64,000 nt of DNA from NCBI GenBank assembly GCA_028534125.1, contig CM052816.1:60824001-60888000 (forward strand), written 5' to 3'. A model generated the notes under the pieces. That model had not been told where the DNA came from. It did not search any database and worked only from the letters and a program-made list of their open reading frames with translations. Position numbers and translations under genes: made by a program. Below, in pieces: positions 37,565 to 51,065 of the stretch (positions are counted from its first letter, which is position 1; the number at the start of each line of letters is the position of its first letter). The DNA comes from Lama glama. Taxonomy: Eukaryota.

Positions 37565-39169
37565 AAGAAGTGTCTTTCCCACTAGGAACTGCATTACAGC
37601 CACGTGTTCTATATCCCTGGGCATGACCCTCTGGGATACGGGCACTTCAGCTGGGGGGGTGGGGGCTTCAGCTACCTTTGGCCTGGACTCACTTCCCCTG
37701 AGGGAAAAGGTTTAGGGTATTCACAGGTACAGGAGCAGCGAGAGTTTGAGGATATCTTGAAGAAAGTGGTCTGCAGGGTGGCCCGGTAGCAGGTAGAGAT
37801 GTCCCTGCTAACTAACCTCTCTTCCTCTGTGAGAGGCCCACCTCTGAGCAGCCAGAGACCCTAAGGAGAGAAGGTCCCAGAAACTGATCTATAGGATGTG
37901 CCAAGAAAAGATGCTCCGTTCATCAAAATCAGTGACCCGTAAGCTACAAGCAGTGAGAGTAAAACCAGCCATATCCATCTCAGGAGGCGGGGAGCAAAGA
38001 CAGAGCGAGGGGAGAGCCCCCCCTTCCAAATCTGCTCTAAGCCAGGAGTTCTTGGCAATTTCTAAAATCCGTGCCCCATTGTAATAAATGTGAAAACCTC
38101 TCACTCTCTTTTAGAGTTGTATAAATTTCAAGTAAATTAAGAATATCAACTTCAACTAAGTAAAAGGCATAATGGTGATCTAAGCTAATGCTTTTTGAAC
38201 TAAGCTTGCTACTTCTCCCTATCTCCAATTCTCCTATTCCCATCCCACTGCCTGAGATTCTAACATGTCTTTAATTGGGGAACTCTCTTTGTCCCCGCAC
38301 CCATTGTAAATACTCATTTTAAACTTATTTTAGGTTGTGACCTTCTTGAGGTGCCGTCTTAATCTTCTTATATCTTCTTGGAGTCTCTGGCTGCTCAGAG
38401 AAGTGGGGCTCAGGAAGAGAACAGAGGTTGGTTGGCAGGAACCCACATCTCACAGGTACTATCACCATGACTAGTAAACAGCCTGGTACAGTCAGTGCTC
38501 AATACATGTGGATAAAAGATTGCATGTGTGGGTGGGTGGGTGGATGGATGGAGAAGTAGAGGTAAGGGATGTCACATCTTGTCCACTCTTCTTTAGGGCC
38601 AAAGTTAATTTTGTGCTTTAACCTTGGGCTTTAGGGGACCACACTCTGGGAGAAAATGAGAAGAGATGTGGGGGATAGGCAAATCCTCAAAGAGAACAGG
38701 CAAGTCTTTACAACCTACGTTTTCCATACTTATTGGGAACATCCAACTTCCCAGCTCTCAGCATTCCCACGTGGGCAAAGACAGTTGCTATGCACAGAGC
38801 AAGCCAGACAATGCCAGAAAACCTTTCAGAGAGGCTCAGAGACTCCCAGCTTCCACACACAGGAAAGCCTGGTGTTCTGACCCTCCTGGATTGCAGACAG
38901 AAGGAAGGAGACGGGCCATACATAGCTCACACTGACAAACCAGAGAACATCAAGCAAAACAGGAAGGAGCCTACAGTTGTGCTCTGTATGATCAACAACT
39001 GAATGAACTGAAAATAGTTAGCCACTTGGCGAGGGGAGGGTAAAAGTGGCAGCTGAGAATTCGAATGACAGATGTTGAAAGTCAATACACCTGAACGTTT
39101 AGATCTAGAGAACAAAACCATGAGCAAGGGTTAGGCTTGCTTAATTTCACACAAGTTAGAAGTTTTTAA

Positions 39170-39355
39170 ACAATTAAGGTGTCCCACAGTGGGATATGCA
39201 AGTCTATCACTGCTAAGAGGTAGGATGAGTAAGTTTCCTTTCAATGGAAAGACTGAAACAGAACCTGCATGATCATCTGTCTGAGCTGTCATGTGAGGGA
39301 TTTCTGGGGTGGAAGGGAGGTGGGGCTAGATACTTTAAGCTCTTTTCCATGACTC
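39170..39355 (+). mobile_element. CR1/L3 LINE 3' end
   Basis: gagtaagtttcctttcaatggaa..actgaaacagaacctg.atgatcatctg...ggctagatactttaagctcttttcca. Confidence 0.55.
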
Positions 39356-42009
39356 ATCTGTTCAGGTTAGACACCCGTACCATTCTCACTCCTCACCCCA
39401 CCCACTCCCACTGAGATGGTGAAATCAACTTTTAATTCAAGGGTTTGGCTATGAACACAATTCCCCATGTAGAATTAGGAATCTTCAAATTCCTAGGTTT
39501 ATTGGTGGTTTATTGGTGTGCAGACCTCAATGGGAGCTAGCCTCTTTCCCTCTTAAAGGGACATACTCACCAAGCGATGGTGGAAAGCTTTGTTTATGAA
39601 GGTCTTCTCAAACTGTCTATGGGTTTCTGTTTCTGTTTGTCTCTCCTTCTCTCTCCACACCCCCGTACCCCAAAGGGATTCTGAGCAAGTGCTTTGGAAA
39701 AGTTCTCCCTTGGGTCCCTGAGCTCTAACTCCCTCCTGGTAAGCCAGTTAAGTATTCTTTCAGCTTACGTCTAGAAGACAGCTCACACTAGTGCCCCTGC
39801 CTAGAGGAGGTCACCAGATTCTTTTAAGGAAGTGGTTTACAGCCCTTTAAGGTGAGTACTACTAGGAAGTATGCTGAGGACCACCGCACACCCCTCTATT
39901 GCCAACCTGGTGTCACACGCCTCATGCCTCACGCCTCTCCAACTCCATCTCCACCATGCTGTGCTCTGAGCAGGGCACAGGCCAGTGCCCAGCATCCCAG
40001 GGTATCTATGTCCACTGCCACCCCAACCCAATTGAGTATTGAAGTATTGAACCCTTTACTCTCCTCGAGTATATAAGGAGCTTGGAACTCTAAAAACTTT
40101 TAATTTCCCTTTACACACCCACTCTACCCACACTGCACAAAAGGGATGCATGCAAATTAGGTGCCAGGAACTGTCCAGAGGGCCCTAAAGTCCACCTTTA
40201 AACTGAACCCTGAAACTGACTGGGTTGCCAGCATCATCCAAGCTGACAGTGGGTACCTGACCACATGTGCCAAGTCCAGTAGACTGCTCAGTAAGGAGTC
40301 ATGGTGTTGATGGCTCAATAGAGAGTCACAGTGATGATGGCTACACTGCTGAGTGGCTCTGAGCACAGATTTGGGAGTTGGGAGAAGTGACTGGGCTGTT
40401 TCTTCATCCATCAATAAGGAAGTGGGTCTTGGGTTCTGAAGCTTTACCATGTCTAAAATGACACAATTTTCTGATTGAAAGGGACATTTTCCCTCAACCT
40501 CTTGGGTTTCAGGTGAGGAAATCTATGCCCTGGGAGGCAAACTGACTTGGCCAAACTCACCCTGGTCTGTAGAGCTTGGTCTTTTGCCTCCTGGTCCTAG
40601 TTCCACTGCACCCATCCAGATCGCCTGTTCCAGACCCTAGGAGACATGTGGCTTTGGATATTGGGAAAAGGAACTGAAGAGGGCACCTCATAAAGGGCAC
40701 AAAGGGTAAAAGCAGCCTGCAGTCCACTCCTTGGTTCCCTTTGGCAAAAGGCTGTGCGGTGCTATTAGCATAAAGCCCTTAAGTTGATATCAATTCTCCA
40801 CAATCCTTCCTTCTCCTACCAGCCCTCCATCAGAGCTCAAAGTACAGACTGAGGCAAAACAGTCTCCCTAGGAGGTCTCTGCCTCAGACTGTATTCAGAT
40901 CTAGAGCAACAAACACCAGAGAACCACTTACTTCTGAATCCAGTGCTGCTATAATCCGGCTGGCTGTGGGTGTTTCAGGGGACGCTGGAAGCTGGCCCGG
41001 AGCCCTGCTGGAGGTGTGGCAAGCACCTTCTCCTGTTCTCTAAGCAACTCTCAAAGAACCCTTTGGGAATAATTATTACCTCCATGGATGACTAAGGCTG
41101 TTCATCCACATGAGTGCTGAGAGCCCTCTTATGCCAGTGAGGTGAAGTCAGTGGAAGAGCAGTCAGGTCTTTAGTTTCAGGCCAAAAACCACATGTCCAA
41201 TAGGTAAGTTTAATGAGGTTTCCTAAGTGAAAGTAATTCATGGTTACTTGACAATGGTCATGTGACAAAGTTCTGGCAAATGTCGTTAACTTTTAAGGAC
41301 AAAAAAGATACTCTATGGTTAGAATAGTCATACTGGAAGAATGATGTAAGATTTTAATTTGAGGGAAGATCCCTTCTTTTACAGGATTGTTTGTGCTATT
41401 AAATGTGATGATCTAATTCATCTTCAGTTTTTCCATGACCCAAGCCAAGACTGAAAATAGTCAATAATACCATCATGTGTAACTAACACGGTCTACATAC
41501 AAATCGCTTGGAAGACAGCCTGTGTACTGCTCTGAATGATTTGCAGATTGCTCCAGGTGAAGTCCGCATGAGCCTTTCAAACGCCTGCCTCGCTGTCACC
41601 AAGTAGGCACCAAATCAGGCTCACATCAGTGACTGCCTGGGTCCACATTCCAGAAACTCATACCCTGAAATGTCTGTATGGCTCAGCAAGTCAAGAATGT
41701 TGTGTACACACAGTAACCATGCTGATGAAAACACGCCATGGTGGTCACCCCTGGAGCTTCTCTAAATCCTATTGCCAGAGGCAAGCGGAGTAAGTGCTGT
41801 AATCTAACTGGCTAAGACATCCCTTAGGTTATGTCCATTACCTTGTCAGCTACACAGAAACACAGCTATTCCAATTTCATCACTAGTTTTCTTCTAAGCC
41901 CTGTCTGTTCACAAAATAGAAGTGAGACAATGCACATGAAAAGAACCAAAGGTTTTCAGAGTCGAAGGAACCTCAGAGCTCATCAGCCCACTTCACTTCA
42001 CAGAGAACT

Positions 42010-42330
42010 AAACTGAGTTCCTAAATGATATTCTCTAAGAGCAGAGCCTGAGACAAGGATTTAGGGCACATGATTTATTGAGGTTCTTCAAGAAAAACCT
42101 ATGAGGGAACAACAGCACAGAAAAGAGGAAAATTCTAAGAAAGGATGTGACCTCAGGAGAAATCTAGGCTTGGAGGGCTCTGGCTATGGACCTCCTGTGG
42201 GATGGGAGGGTTGGCTGTCCTATCAGCCGTGGATAATGCTCAAGAGAAAGGAGCAGCTGTGAGCTGGGAGGTGGGCCCACTGGCGTAGTAATGGGATCTG
42301 GGCGGGGTCCCATAGTAATGTCTGCTACAG
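42010..42330 (-). mobile_element. ERVL LTR (LTR33-like)
   Basis: agcagagcctgagacaaggattt...tgatttattgagg...gggatctgggcgggg...tctgctaca. Confidence 0.7.
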
Positions 42331-45300
42331 CCCCAGAGAAATGTCTATAGATAATGTCTAGATAAAATGTCTATATAAGTACATATTTTTATTTCCATAA
42401 TTATATAAATATCTATATATGTCTCTCTAGATATATAGAGACAGGCAGACAGGGACAGAAATAGAGACAGACACATAGAGAGGGAGGGGGAAGACACTCA
42501 GGCTAAAATGGGCCATGCAGAAGTTGAAGTTATGAGGGAGGGTATACTGTGAGTAATGCAGACACTTGGCAGAGAAAACACAGAGCGGAGGATGAGAAGT
42601 CTCAGGCACCAGAGGGCGGAGCAGACACACAGAGAGCATGTGTTGTGTTGTGTGAGTGATGGCACAGCTCTAAGATGAAGAACCATGAACTCCACCTACT
42701 GATGCACAGTTTTATAGGTGAGGCCAGGGGAGTGGGAAACTGGGGACATACTTGTGCCTGAGACGGGGACAGATACTGGGCCGTGAGCACTGCTGCAGGC
42801 AGTAGGAGGGCACCTCGCAGTCAGCAGACAGCATGCCGGGAAGCCGGGGCTGACACAGTGGTGAACACAGAACCCCGCAGAATCAGGTGAGTGGGACCCT
42901 GCCCAGCATCAGCGCTTTTGCCAGGGGGATGGGAACAGGCTGCATGGGTGACTGGGGACAGCCTTAGGGAAGTCAGAGGCAGGATCATGATGCCAGGCAG
43001 ACTTGGCAGGTGCACAGCTCTGGTCTGATGGGAGGGGGACCAAGGGGAGGTGTGATGGCAGAAGGAAGGCAGGAACCCAGCGGAAGCACCAGCTTCCAGC
43101 AGGACTAGCAGCAGATTCGCCTTCTTGGCAGGTGAGGGTTTCTTGTATCCCTTCTCCTTGGTCCCAGAATGAAGGGCGCCTGAAGCTTGCAGGTGGCTGG
43201 GTGGAGTCAGGGGACTGGGAAGGTGAAGGGCGAAGTGGTAAGAGGTCAATGAGCTCTGTGAGGGCAGAAGCAAGGTCTCAGCAGTGCTCTGGGGCAAGAA
43301 ACCTACTTAGAAAACCAAGCATTGCAGGCAGTGGAAGACTCTGGATGGGAGTTTGTATCTGAATCTCTGGGGGGTCAAGGCAGTCCCTCTCATTATCCAA
43401 GCCTGTGTTTGCTGGATGTGCAAACATTCACAAGTATGGATCTTAAAAATGATTAAAAAGAGCAAAACTCCTACAGGGAAAACACACTATTAATCTTAAA
43501 AGTTATCTTCCATTTTTTTTATGGTTGCTCTTCTCCAATAAAACATCACATTGTGGTTTTATTTATTTTAGCGTATTACAGTTTGGATAAAGCCCCAAAT
43601 CCTTACATCAAATATATTCTTCAATGTCAAAAGGGCATGCAAAGGAATGTTTCCTAATGAAAGATTTATTTTCCATCTGACAGTGATGATTTAGCTGGTG
43701 CTGATCTCTTCATCCTCTTTTCCATTTAAAAAAAAAGTTGAACAAAATTACCTTTCTTGGAATAACAGCTCGTTTTAAAACCTGACTGCTTTGTCATTAC
43801 CTCTGTAATCTCTCTTGAAGATTAGGGGCTATTCATTTTCTCCCTGACTCCAATTTGCCTTTTGATATTTTTCTTTGGTCTGTTCACACAGTCCTCTGAT
43901 GGCCCAGCTCATCAGAGCAAGGCCTGAGCACGACCAAGAGCCCACCGGCACGGCGTGTTGTCCACAGCGCGTCACCCAGCGCTCTGCCAGCGCTGGGGCC
44001 CCTACGTGCGCTGCGGCGCCGTGGAGGTGCTTTGAAAATGGTCTAAGCTCTTCTTGTTAAAGCTTTCTCTTGCTCTTACCCCTGTGACATCTTTTATCTA
44101 TAGATCATGTCAGGGGCCGCAGCCTCATAATCCTAAAAAAAAGAAAAAAGAAAAAAAGGGTAGCTACTGAAACTTTAAAAAAAGGAAAACCTGAGAAAAG
44201 GAAAGACTGGCTATTGGGCATACTTAGCTGTGGCCCCTGAGGGCCCCACACACAGCTGCGAGGGGGTTCCTTGCACAAGGGGGCCTGACTGAGAGGTGAA
44301 GAGACCTGAAACTCAGCCCACATTGAGCTACGTGCGCCCAGAGAGGGTGCCTTTTCCCACTTTGCGCCAAAGCACCATCTGCATTAGCAGCATCCTGGGG
44401 TTCTTAGTGGGTAGTTTCTTCCAGATGCTGAGCTGGGTCAATGGGTCAGGTGATACTGGTTTTGTTTGTTCTCATAGTGCTGAGTTGTTGCTGTTTTCTT
44501 CTTTGATTATTTTTTTCTTTAATTTCACCTATGTGATTTGATCTCTGCTGTCCCCCATGGAAAGTTTGGCAGCCCCTGGCCCAGCCACGGTTCAGAGGAA
44601 GCACTGCATACACAAGAAATCTCACACACCTCTCTCTGCCCCTCCTCTTATCCATCCCTTCAAGAAATGTCTTTTCAACTATGTTTAATCAGCAGTGTGG
44701 ATCCAAGTCCACTGGCTGAGTCCTTACTAGGTTTTGAATGCACAGTCACATCCTGACTCATTAGTGACAGGATAGCTGAGCTGTCAAGCCTGGCTTCCGA
44801 AACTCTAGGGAAGGGGTCTGTACAAGAGCAAGGTCCAGGGTCCACACACAAGCTGAGTTGGCTTTTTCATTTCTTTTAAGCTTTATTGATCTCAGGAAGA
44901 ACTGAAGGCCTGTTGGAAAATGGTGGGAATCAGCTCAACATACTAATAATGTAACAAGATGTATTATTTATGGACTTAAAAAATACGAGACTCACCGCAA
45001 TAAGGAAAAATGAAGTCATGGGATAAAACTGCCATTGGATACAATCACAACATTAGGAGAGTGTCACACAAGTGCTGAGAGATCTCGCAGAGTGAGAATG
45101 GGAGAGTGGAAGCAATGGCATCTTAGATCAGACAGCACCACCTCCACATGAAACCAGAAGCAAGTCCTAAGAGCTCTCTGGCCTCCAGTTTTCTCATCCG
45201 TAAAATGGACAGAAATATCAACTCTAGGCGTTGTTGTGAGCCTTACATGGGAGAGGTAATGGATGAAATTGAAAGTGGTTACAAATGCCTGTTGTGGGTA

Positions 45301-45479
45301 TCCCGTGTGAGGAGGGGCATATGTCCAACTCCTAGAATCTTGTCACAGAACGGTCACCTCTCCTGACCAAAGCCCGTGGGAAGAGGCAACTCTGGCAGAA
45401 GTAAAGAATGCCCCCCATTTTCACTCCAATAAGACAATAAGAAAGACCTGCCCCACTAATTCAGGAAACAACTCAATCC

Positions 45480-45572
<93 letters not shown>
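45480..45572 (+). repeat. (CT)n microsatellite, imperfect
   Basis: About 46 CT units with three interruptions. Confidence 0.98.
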
Positions 45573-45576
<4 letters not shown>

Positions 45577-46159
45577 GTCCCCTCCCACCCTGGCTCCTGT
45601 CTGCCACCAGAGCAGCTGTTGAAACCTAATTGTCCACAGCCCAAGACACCCATCAACCCTGTGCTGATCCAGTACCCTGGGTCCTTTGAGGGGGGATGGT
45701 GGACCTCAATGTCAAATTCAGCAAGGGATGCCCACCCCTAACCTGGGTTCCCAGGACAGCAGTTCTTAGCTGGTATTTGTCCCCTCCCTTCCTACCCGTT
45801 CCCCAGATGGCAGAGTTTCCAGGAGTTCTCTATTAGAATTAGTTCGTGTGGCAAAAACCCTCTGACCCTTTCGGTTCCCTGCTTTCTGATTTTCCTTTTC
45901 AGCTTTAGAATCCAATGATCTCATAACAATCAAGGATGGCTATCTTGACTGTCTTCAGGGAGCTGAGCCCTCACCTTCTCCATCAGCTCCCCTTCCACCT
46001 CCTTCCCGTCCCCTCCCCACTTCCCCTTCCCAGTTCCTATTCCATCTTCTCTCCTCCCCTCCCATCCCCACTGCAGAAGGGAAAAACCTACCTCCTGACT
46101 CTCACCCCAGGGATTTCATGTCTCTCTCACAAAACACAAGTTCAATCTTCAGTGAGACA

Positions 46160-46660
46160 TTTTGCTACAAATACAATATTTATTGAAAGATTACTGTGTA
46201 TGACAAACACTGCGCTAGATATTTTACATCCCTTATCTCCTTTAATTCCCACAGCCACCTGATACAGGTATTATAACCTCCATTTTAAATATGAGAAACT
46301 CAGATTTTAAGAAGCTAAACAACTCATGCAAGGACCCAGAACTGGTAGGGAGCAGAGTACAATTTGAAGCCCGGTCTGTGGGATTCCTCTGCTCCTTAAA
46401 GCCCCACTTCTCTGCATTCACTCCACGCTACTAGTCTATATTTGACAATCACATACTGTGCCAGGAATTCTCCGCAGTTCTTAGCCCTCCTCATCAAACA
46501 ACTCATTTCATTCTCATGGAAACCCTAAGGTAAGCACCATTATTATGCCCATTTCACAGACATGGAACCTGAGACAGCCTGAGCTTAAGTAACCTGCCTG
46601 AGCTCCTAAGCTGGTACGTAGCAGGTCAGGGATGCAAACCCCAGTAGTCTGAGACCCTTC
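46160..46660 (-). mobile_element. Two tandem MIR SINEs
   Basis: ccattttaaatatgagaaactcaga and cccatttcacagacatggaacctgagac cores. Confidence 0.8.
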
Positions 46661-48299
46661 AGGCTGAACAGCTCAGACCAGCCTAGCTCCTCCCAGAACC
46701 CCACCCCCAGTGAAGGCGTGGCAGGGTCAGTGGGACCTGGGAGGTGCCAGTGGGATAGGGACTGTTGCACCACGTGGTCAGAGAATGGAGGTTCCTAAAG
46801 GGCCCTGCTCTGAGAAGACGGGGTAGAGGTCAGCAGGACCAGGGAGAGGCTCGAGCCAGGGCCACCTGCTTGTGTGGGATGCTCCTGCGGCCTCTGCCAC
46901 AAATGTCTCCCCACCCTCTGGACGCAGGTACAGAGCCAGGTGCCCTGACCCAGGAAAGGAGCAGCCCAGAGGACTGGACACTAAGCCAAGACTGACTTGC
47001 CAGGGTTGGAATTGTTGGACAGGGACAAACAAGTCCTCAAGGAGAGGTGGATGGTGGGCCAAGACCACAGGGGTCCACACTGGCATTTCCTTACGGGGCA
47101 GCCTGGTGTCCACACCTGCAGAGGACCCCGGAGGAGCCTGCCATAACCCCTCAGCTGCTTCCTGGGAACCCCTCCCTGTGTCTGTCTGGCTGAGAAGGGT
47201 CTTCCTCTGACCTGGGGAGGACGCGCTGCTGGCGCTCAGGGAAAGCTGGGAGAGCCAGCGAGTTAATGCCCTGCAGTAGCCTGAACCACGTGGGTGGCGT
47301 CGGTGACTGCCAGCTCCCGCACCCCGCGCCGGGACAACTCTAGGGGAGTCCCGTGCTGCTTCCACGTTCTCCTTCAGGACTGAACTCCAGGTACCTTCAG
47401 TGATGATGGACTTTCACCCGCTACACTCTTTCCTCAGGATGGGGGTCACCTCCACTCCTCTGCTTCACCCGGGGTGAGCTCCCAGGGAAGGTATGCATAC
47501 TCAAACCCTCGTCCTAGGCTCTGCTTTGGGGAGCATTACTCTGAGTATTTCATTTTACTCTGAATTTTCCTTCTGCATTGAGGTTGCCTGCTTGACTAAT
47601 TTGGGGCTGTTTTGCCACAATTCATCCCTGAATATCAGCCCCTGTTCTGTACTTTACATGGGCGCATACACAGTTCTGTGATACGGGAGATGAGGAAGTG
47701 AACTGGAGATGCAGGCGCAGAGAAACACTGCCAGATAAAGGCAGACCTCTGGTTGAAGAGTCGCACTGACCACCATCTTTAAAATGAGTTTAACCTTGAT
47801 CACTTCAATCGAGTTCTATGTTGGCTCTTGCCAACAAGTCAATGAACAATCACTGAGTTTCCACATGTACAGAATAATCTGCTAGACACTGTGCATGATA
47901 CAAAGCATGAGAGACACTTACTCTCTCTAGAAACTTTTAAGTGAATTGAGGAAACAAAAGTCTATATACCTAAAAATAGTTCATAAAACACAGTGGCATG
48001 TAACAAATACTAAATGGATGCCACGCGACTTGAAGTTTCAAGGAACAGCAGAATAAGTTTAATTTCTGGATAGCTGGATAGCTCATCAAAAAGTTCAGAA
48101 AGAATTCCATTTGCTTTGCTGACTGCAAATAGCTTTCCATCAGAGGAGTCCCTGGTCAGTTCTGCAATGCAAGGATTAGAATCTCCACCAACAGAGTTCC
48201 TTCTTTCCACGATGCATGCATTGCTGATAAGAGATGCCCTTTTAATGTACAAACATGTTCTCTAGGGGTAACCTGATTCTAGGGATTAGCACCAATGAT

Positions 48300-48470
48300 C
48301 CCAGAATCCTTGACTCTCAGAGCTAGAAAGAACCTTCCAGAACTTGAAGCCTGACCCCATCTCCCACAGGTGGCCATCTAGCCCGACCATCCTCAGTGAC
48401 CTGAAGCTCATTTCCAGCAGTATTCCCTTTCTTCCCGGGACACCCTAAGAGCTAGAAGATTCTTCTTCCA
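48300..48470 (-). mobile_element. CR1/L3 or MIR3 3' fragment
   Basis: tcagagctagaaagaacctt...cagtgacctgaagctca...gctagaagattcttc. Confidence 0.5.
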
Positions 48471-49079
48471 GCAGTGAAGGTTCTGTTGGAGTCACAGAGA
48501 AAGGCACTTTGGGGGCGCTGGTCAGTCCCTAGACACCGTAACACTGGATGGCAACAGTTTCACAAAGAGATGAAGGCTACATAAACACCCGGGAAGGCAG
48601 GGAGCTCAGCCCTCATCTCAGGCATAGGTCAGCGCCAGAGAGGACCAGTTTTGAGTACGCATCCCTCGAATCCTCACAAGAATTTGTTCTATAGTCCTCA
48701 ATGCAGGGGTTTATAAGGTTCTGCAGACCCAAACCATTTGAAAACACTTGAAGGCCTGATATTTTGAGATGAGTTAAAGAGTTCTGACCACTTTAGGGTG
48801 TGCTAGGGCAGATCAAGAAAGGCAACAGCAGAGGGTGACAAGAGCAGCCTTGGATCTTCAGAGAAAGAAAGCTATTCAGAGGGGTTGAAATTCCCAGGAG
48901 TAAAATGGGTGAGAGTATAGAGTTAAATCTGTACCTACAAGCATTAATTGAGCACCTACTATGAGCTTAATACAATGATTAAAACACTTGGTCCTTGACC
49001 TTAATGTGCTCAGTGTATATCTTCCACCCAAGCCTTTGATTGTCTCCCACAGTTACACTTAAATAAATCCAAAGCTGCA

Positions 49080-51065
49080 ACATGTGTTTTTCTTGTTTTA
49101 AGACTTAGGTTTTTAAACAATACCAAAACACAACAAATAATATTTTACAAGTCCATATTTCCACCATGTAGAATTAATAATTTTGTTTGCTGTCTCTTTT
49201 TTCATGAGCATCATTCCATCTTCACTCTCACCCCTCAACCTTCACCCCCAGAAAATCACTACCATAAGTTTAGTGGGTATCTTTCAGTCCATTTTTCCAA
49301 CAATCTTACAGTCATGATCCTTTATTTTTCACTCCTGGTTTAAAAGTTTCACTTTCTAGTTCTGTTTTGCAATGGTCACCCTTGAGATTCTTAAGTACAT
49401 ACTTAACTTTAAATTTTTGCAACTATATCTAGAGTTATTTTGATACCTGCCTTCCACCTCCCAAACCTTTGCTTGCTTTAACTTCCCTCCCAAACTTACC
49501 CAGTCTCAACCTTTGCTGTTTTTATGACCAGAGTGTTAGTTATATTTTGTTTGTAAACAAGTACATAAATTGCTTTGCTTTTGTATCCCATACCTTCCTT
49601 CTGGGTTCATTTGCATTCTTGCTTTAGGGCACCCTTTATTAGTTCTTTCTCTCCATGAGTAACTCTCCAAGCTCTTTCATGTTTAAAAAAAAGTCCTTAT
49701 TTTGCTCTCACTCTTAAAAATATTATTAGGCTGGTGTTATGTAGTCTATAATTTGCTTTTGAGTGTTTCAGCCAAGATAGCATGACACATCTATGAATGT
49801 ATGCTAGTTTTAATCTATGGTCATGGTTGGTTAAGACTGAAAGTACCCTAGTCAATAATAAACACTCCAAGAGTGGTTAGTTAGATTTTCAATTTAAAAT
49901 ATCCCACTCAAGACTCACTCCCCAGAGGCAATTTCTGCAAGCTAAAGCCTGCGATCCAAAACCACAGAGAGGGCATATTAATTAGCACTATTTTATAGAA
50001 ATATTTTTTATTGTTGAATTAATTGGTGGTCAAGCTATATGGATTGGTTAGAACTATTGCAGAGACAGCTCGCCCACTGCGGTATGAATAGATATAGAAC
50101 TGGGCCCGCCCAACAGCATACCTCCCTGTAAAGCAGCAGGCTCCCTTCTCACCATTTAGTAGAGGACTCTGCCATTTGATCCAACAAGAATATCCTCTTT
50201 TAAGAATACTGTCACATCTGCCTCTATGAAATATTTTATGCAAGACATGGCAGAAACGCCTAAAGAATGCCAAACTAGAATTTCCTTGACCTTATAAGAA
50301 CAGGTATGATTGTTCTTTGTGCCTGCATACCAAAAATTATGGGGAGTGGGGCAGAATTCAATCTGAGACTTGCTTTCATTGTAACATCCTGCCGGGTGGC
50401 AAGATTGTGCAAAGGAGACCTCACTCACCGCCAATCACTGGAAGCCACCAAAATTTACCAAAAGAATAGAGCAATGATTGAATAGGCTTAATTTAGTTCT
50501 TAACAGCTGGATATGCAATTCTGGGGTCAGGGTGTTCCAGAGTAGCAGCTATTGTCTTCTGGCATCTACTGATGAGAAGTCTGTCAGACTGATGGCTACT
50601 GGCTCACAGGTAATTCTGGTGGATTTTGCAATTTAATATTCTGTCATTCTATCACAGTGAAATCCACTGAAGGATTTTTTTTTCTTTAGTCCTTCTTGGC
50701 ATTCTGACTTCTTCTCTGTAAAATTTTATATCTTCATATTCAGAAAACACTTGGCTATTGCTTCTGTGAATCTTGACTTTCATCATTATCTCTAGTCTTT
50801 GCTCATAGGGTTTTTATTAAATATAAGCTGGAACTTCTCATTGTGTCTTCCATGTCTCCTAATTTGTCATATTTCTATCTCTTGATCTCTTTGCCCTACA
50901 TAGGGAAACTCTCTAGGGCTATCTTCCAAGTACTAATTCTCTCTTTATCTGTGTCTAAACTATTCGACCACCCATCTATTGAGCTTTTTATGTCTATGAC
51001 TCTGTTTCTCATTTTTAAGATTTCTGTGTGGCTCTTCTTGACTTTGAATCATTTTTTTCTGGGAT
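49080..51065 (-). mobile_element. Ancient L1 (L1ME-like) fragments, interrupted at 49735-50505
   Basis: T-rich antisense L1 motifs. ttattttgctctcactcttaaaaatattattaggctgg|atatgcaattctgg and tcttctggcatctactgatgagaagtctg are collinear across the insertion. Confidence 0.7.
49735..50505 (-). mobile_element. Solo-LTR-like element, family not recognised
   Basis: Ends tgtta...taaca, perfect 5-bp TSD gctgg (49730-49734 / 50506-50510), minus-strand AATAAA at 50007-50012. Confidence 0.8.

Noticed and set aside
46778..47365. 195-aa ORF
   Set aside because: GC-rich chance ORF with a GTG start and no recognisable homology.
48010..48252. Minus-strand peptide AVSKANGIL resembling the CR1 reverse transcriptase C-terminal motif KKANGILG
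   Set aside because: The downstream LVRPHLEY motif is missing and the segment is not collinear with the nearby L3 tail; the similarity is too short to support a call.
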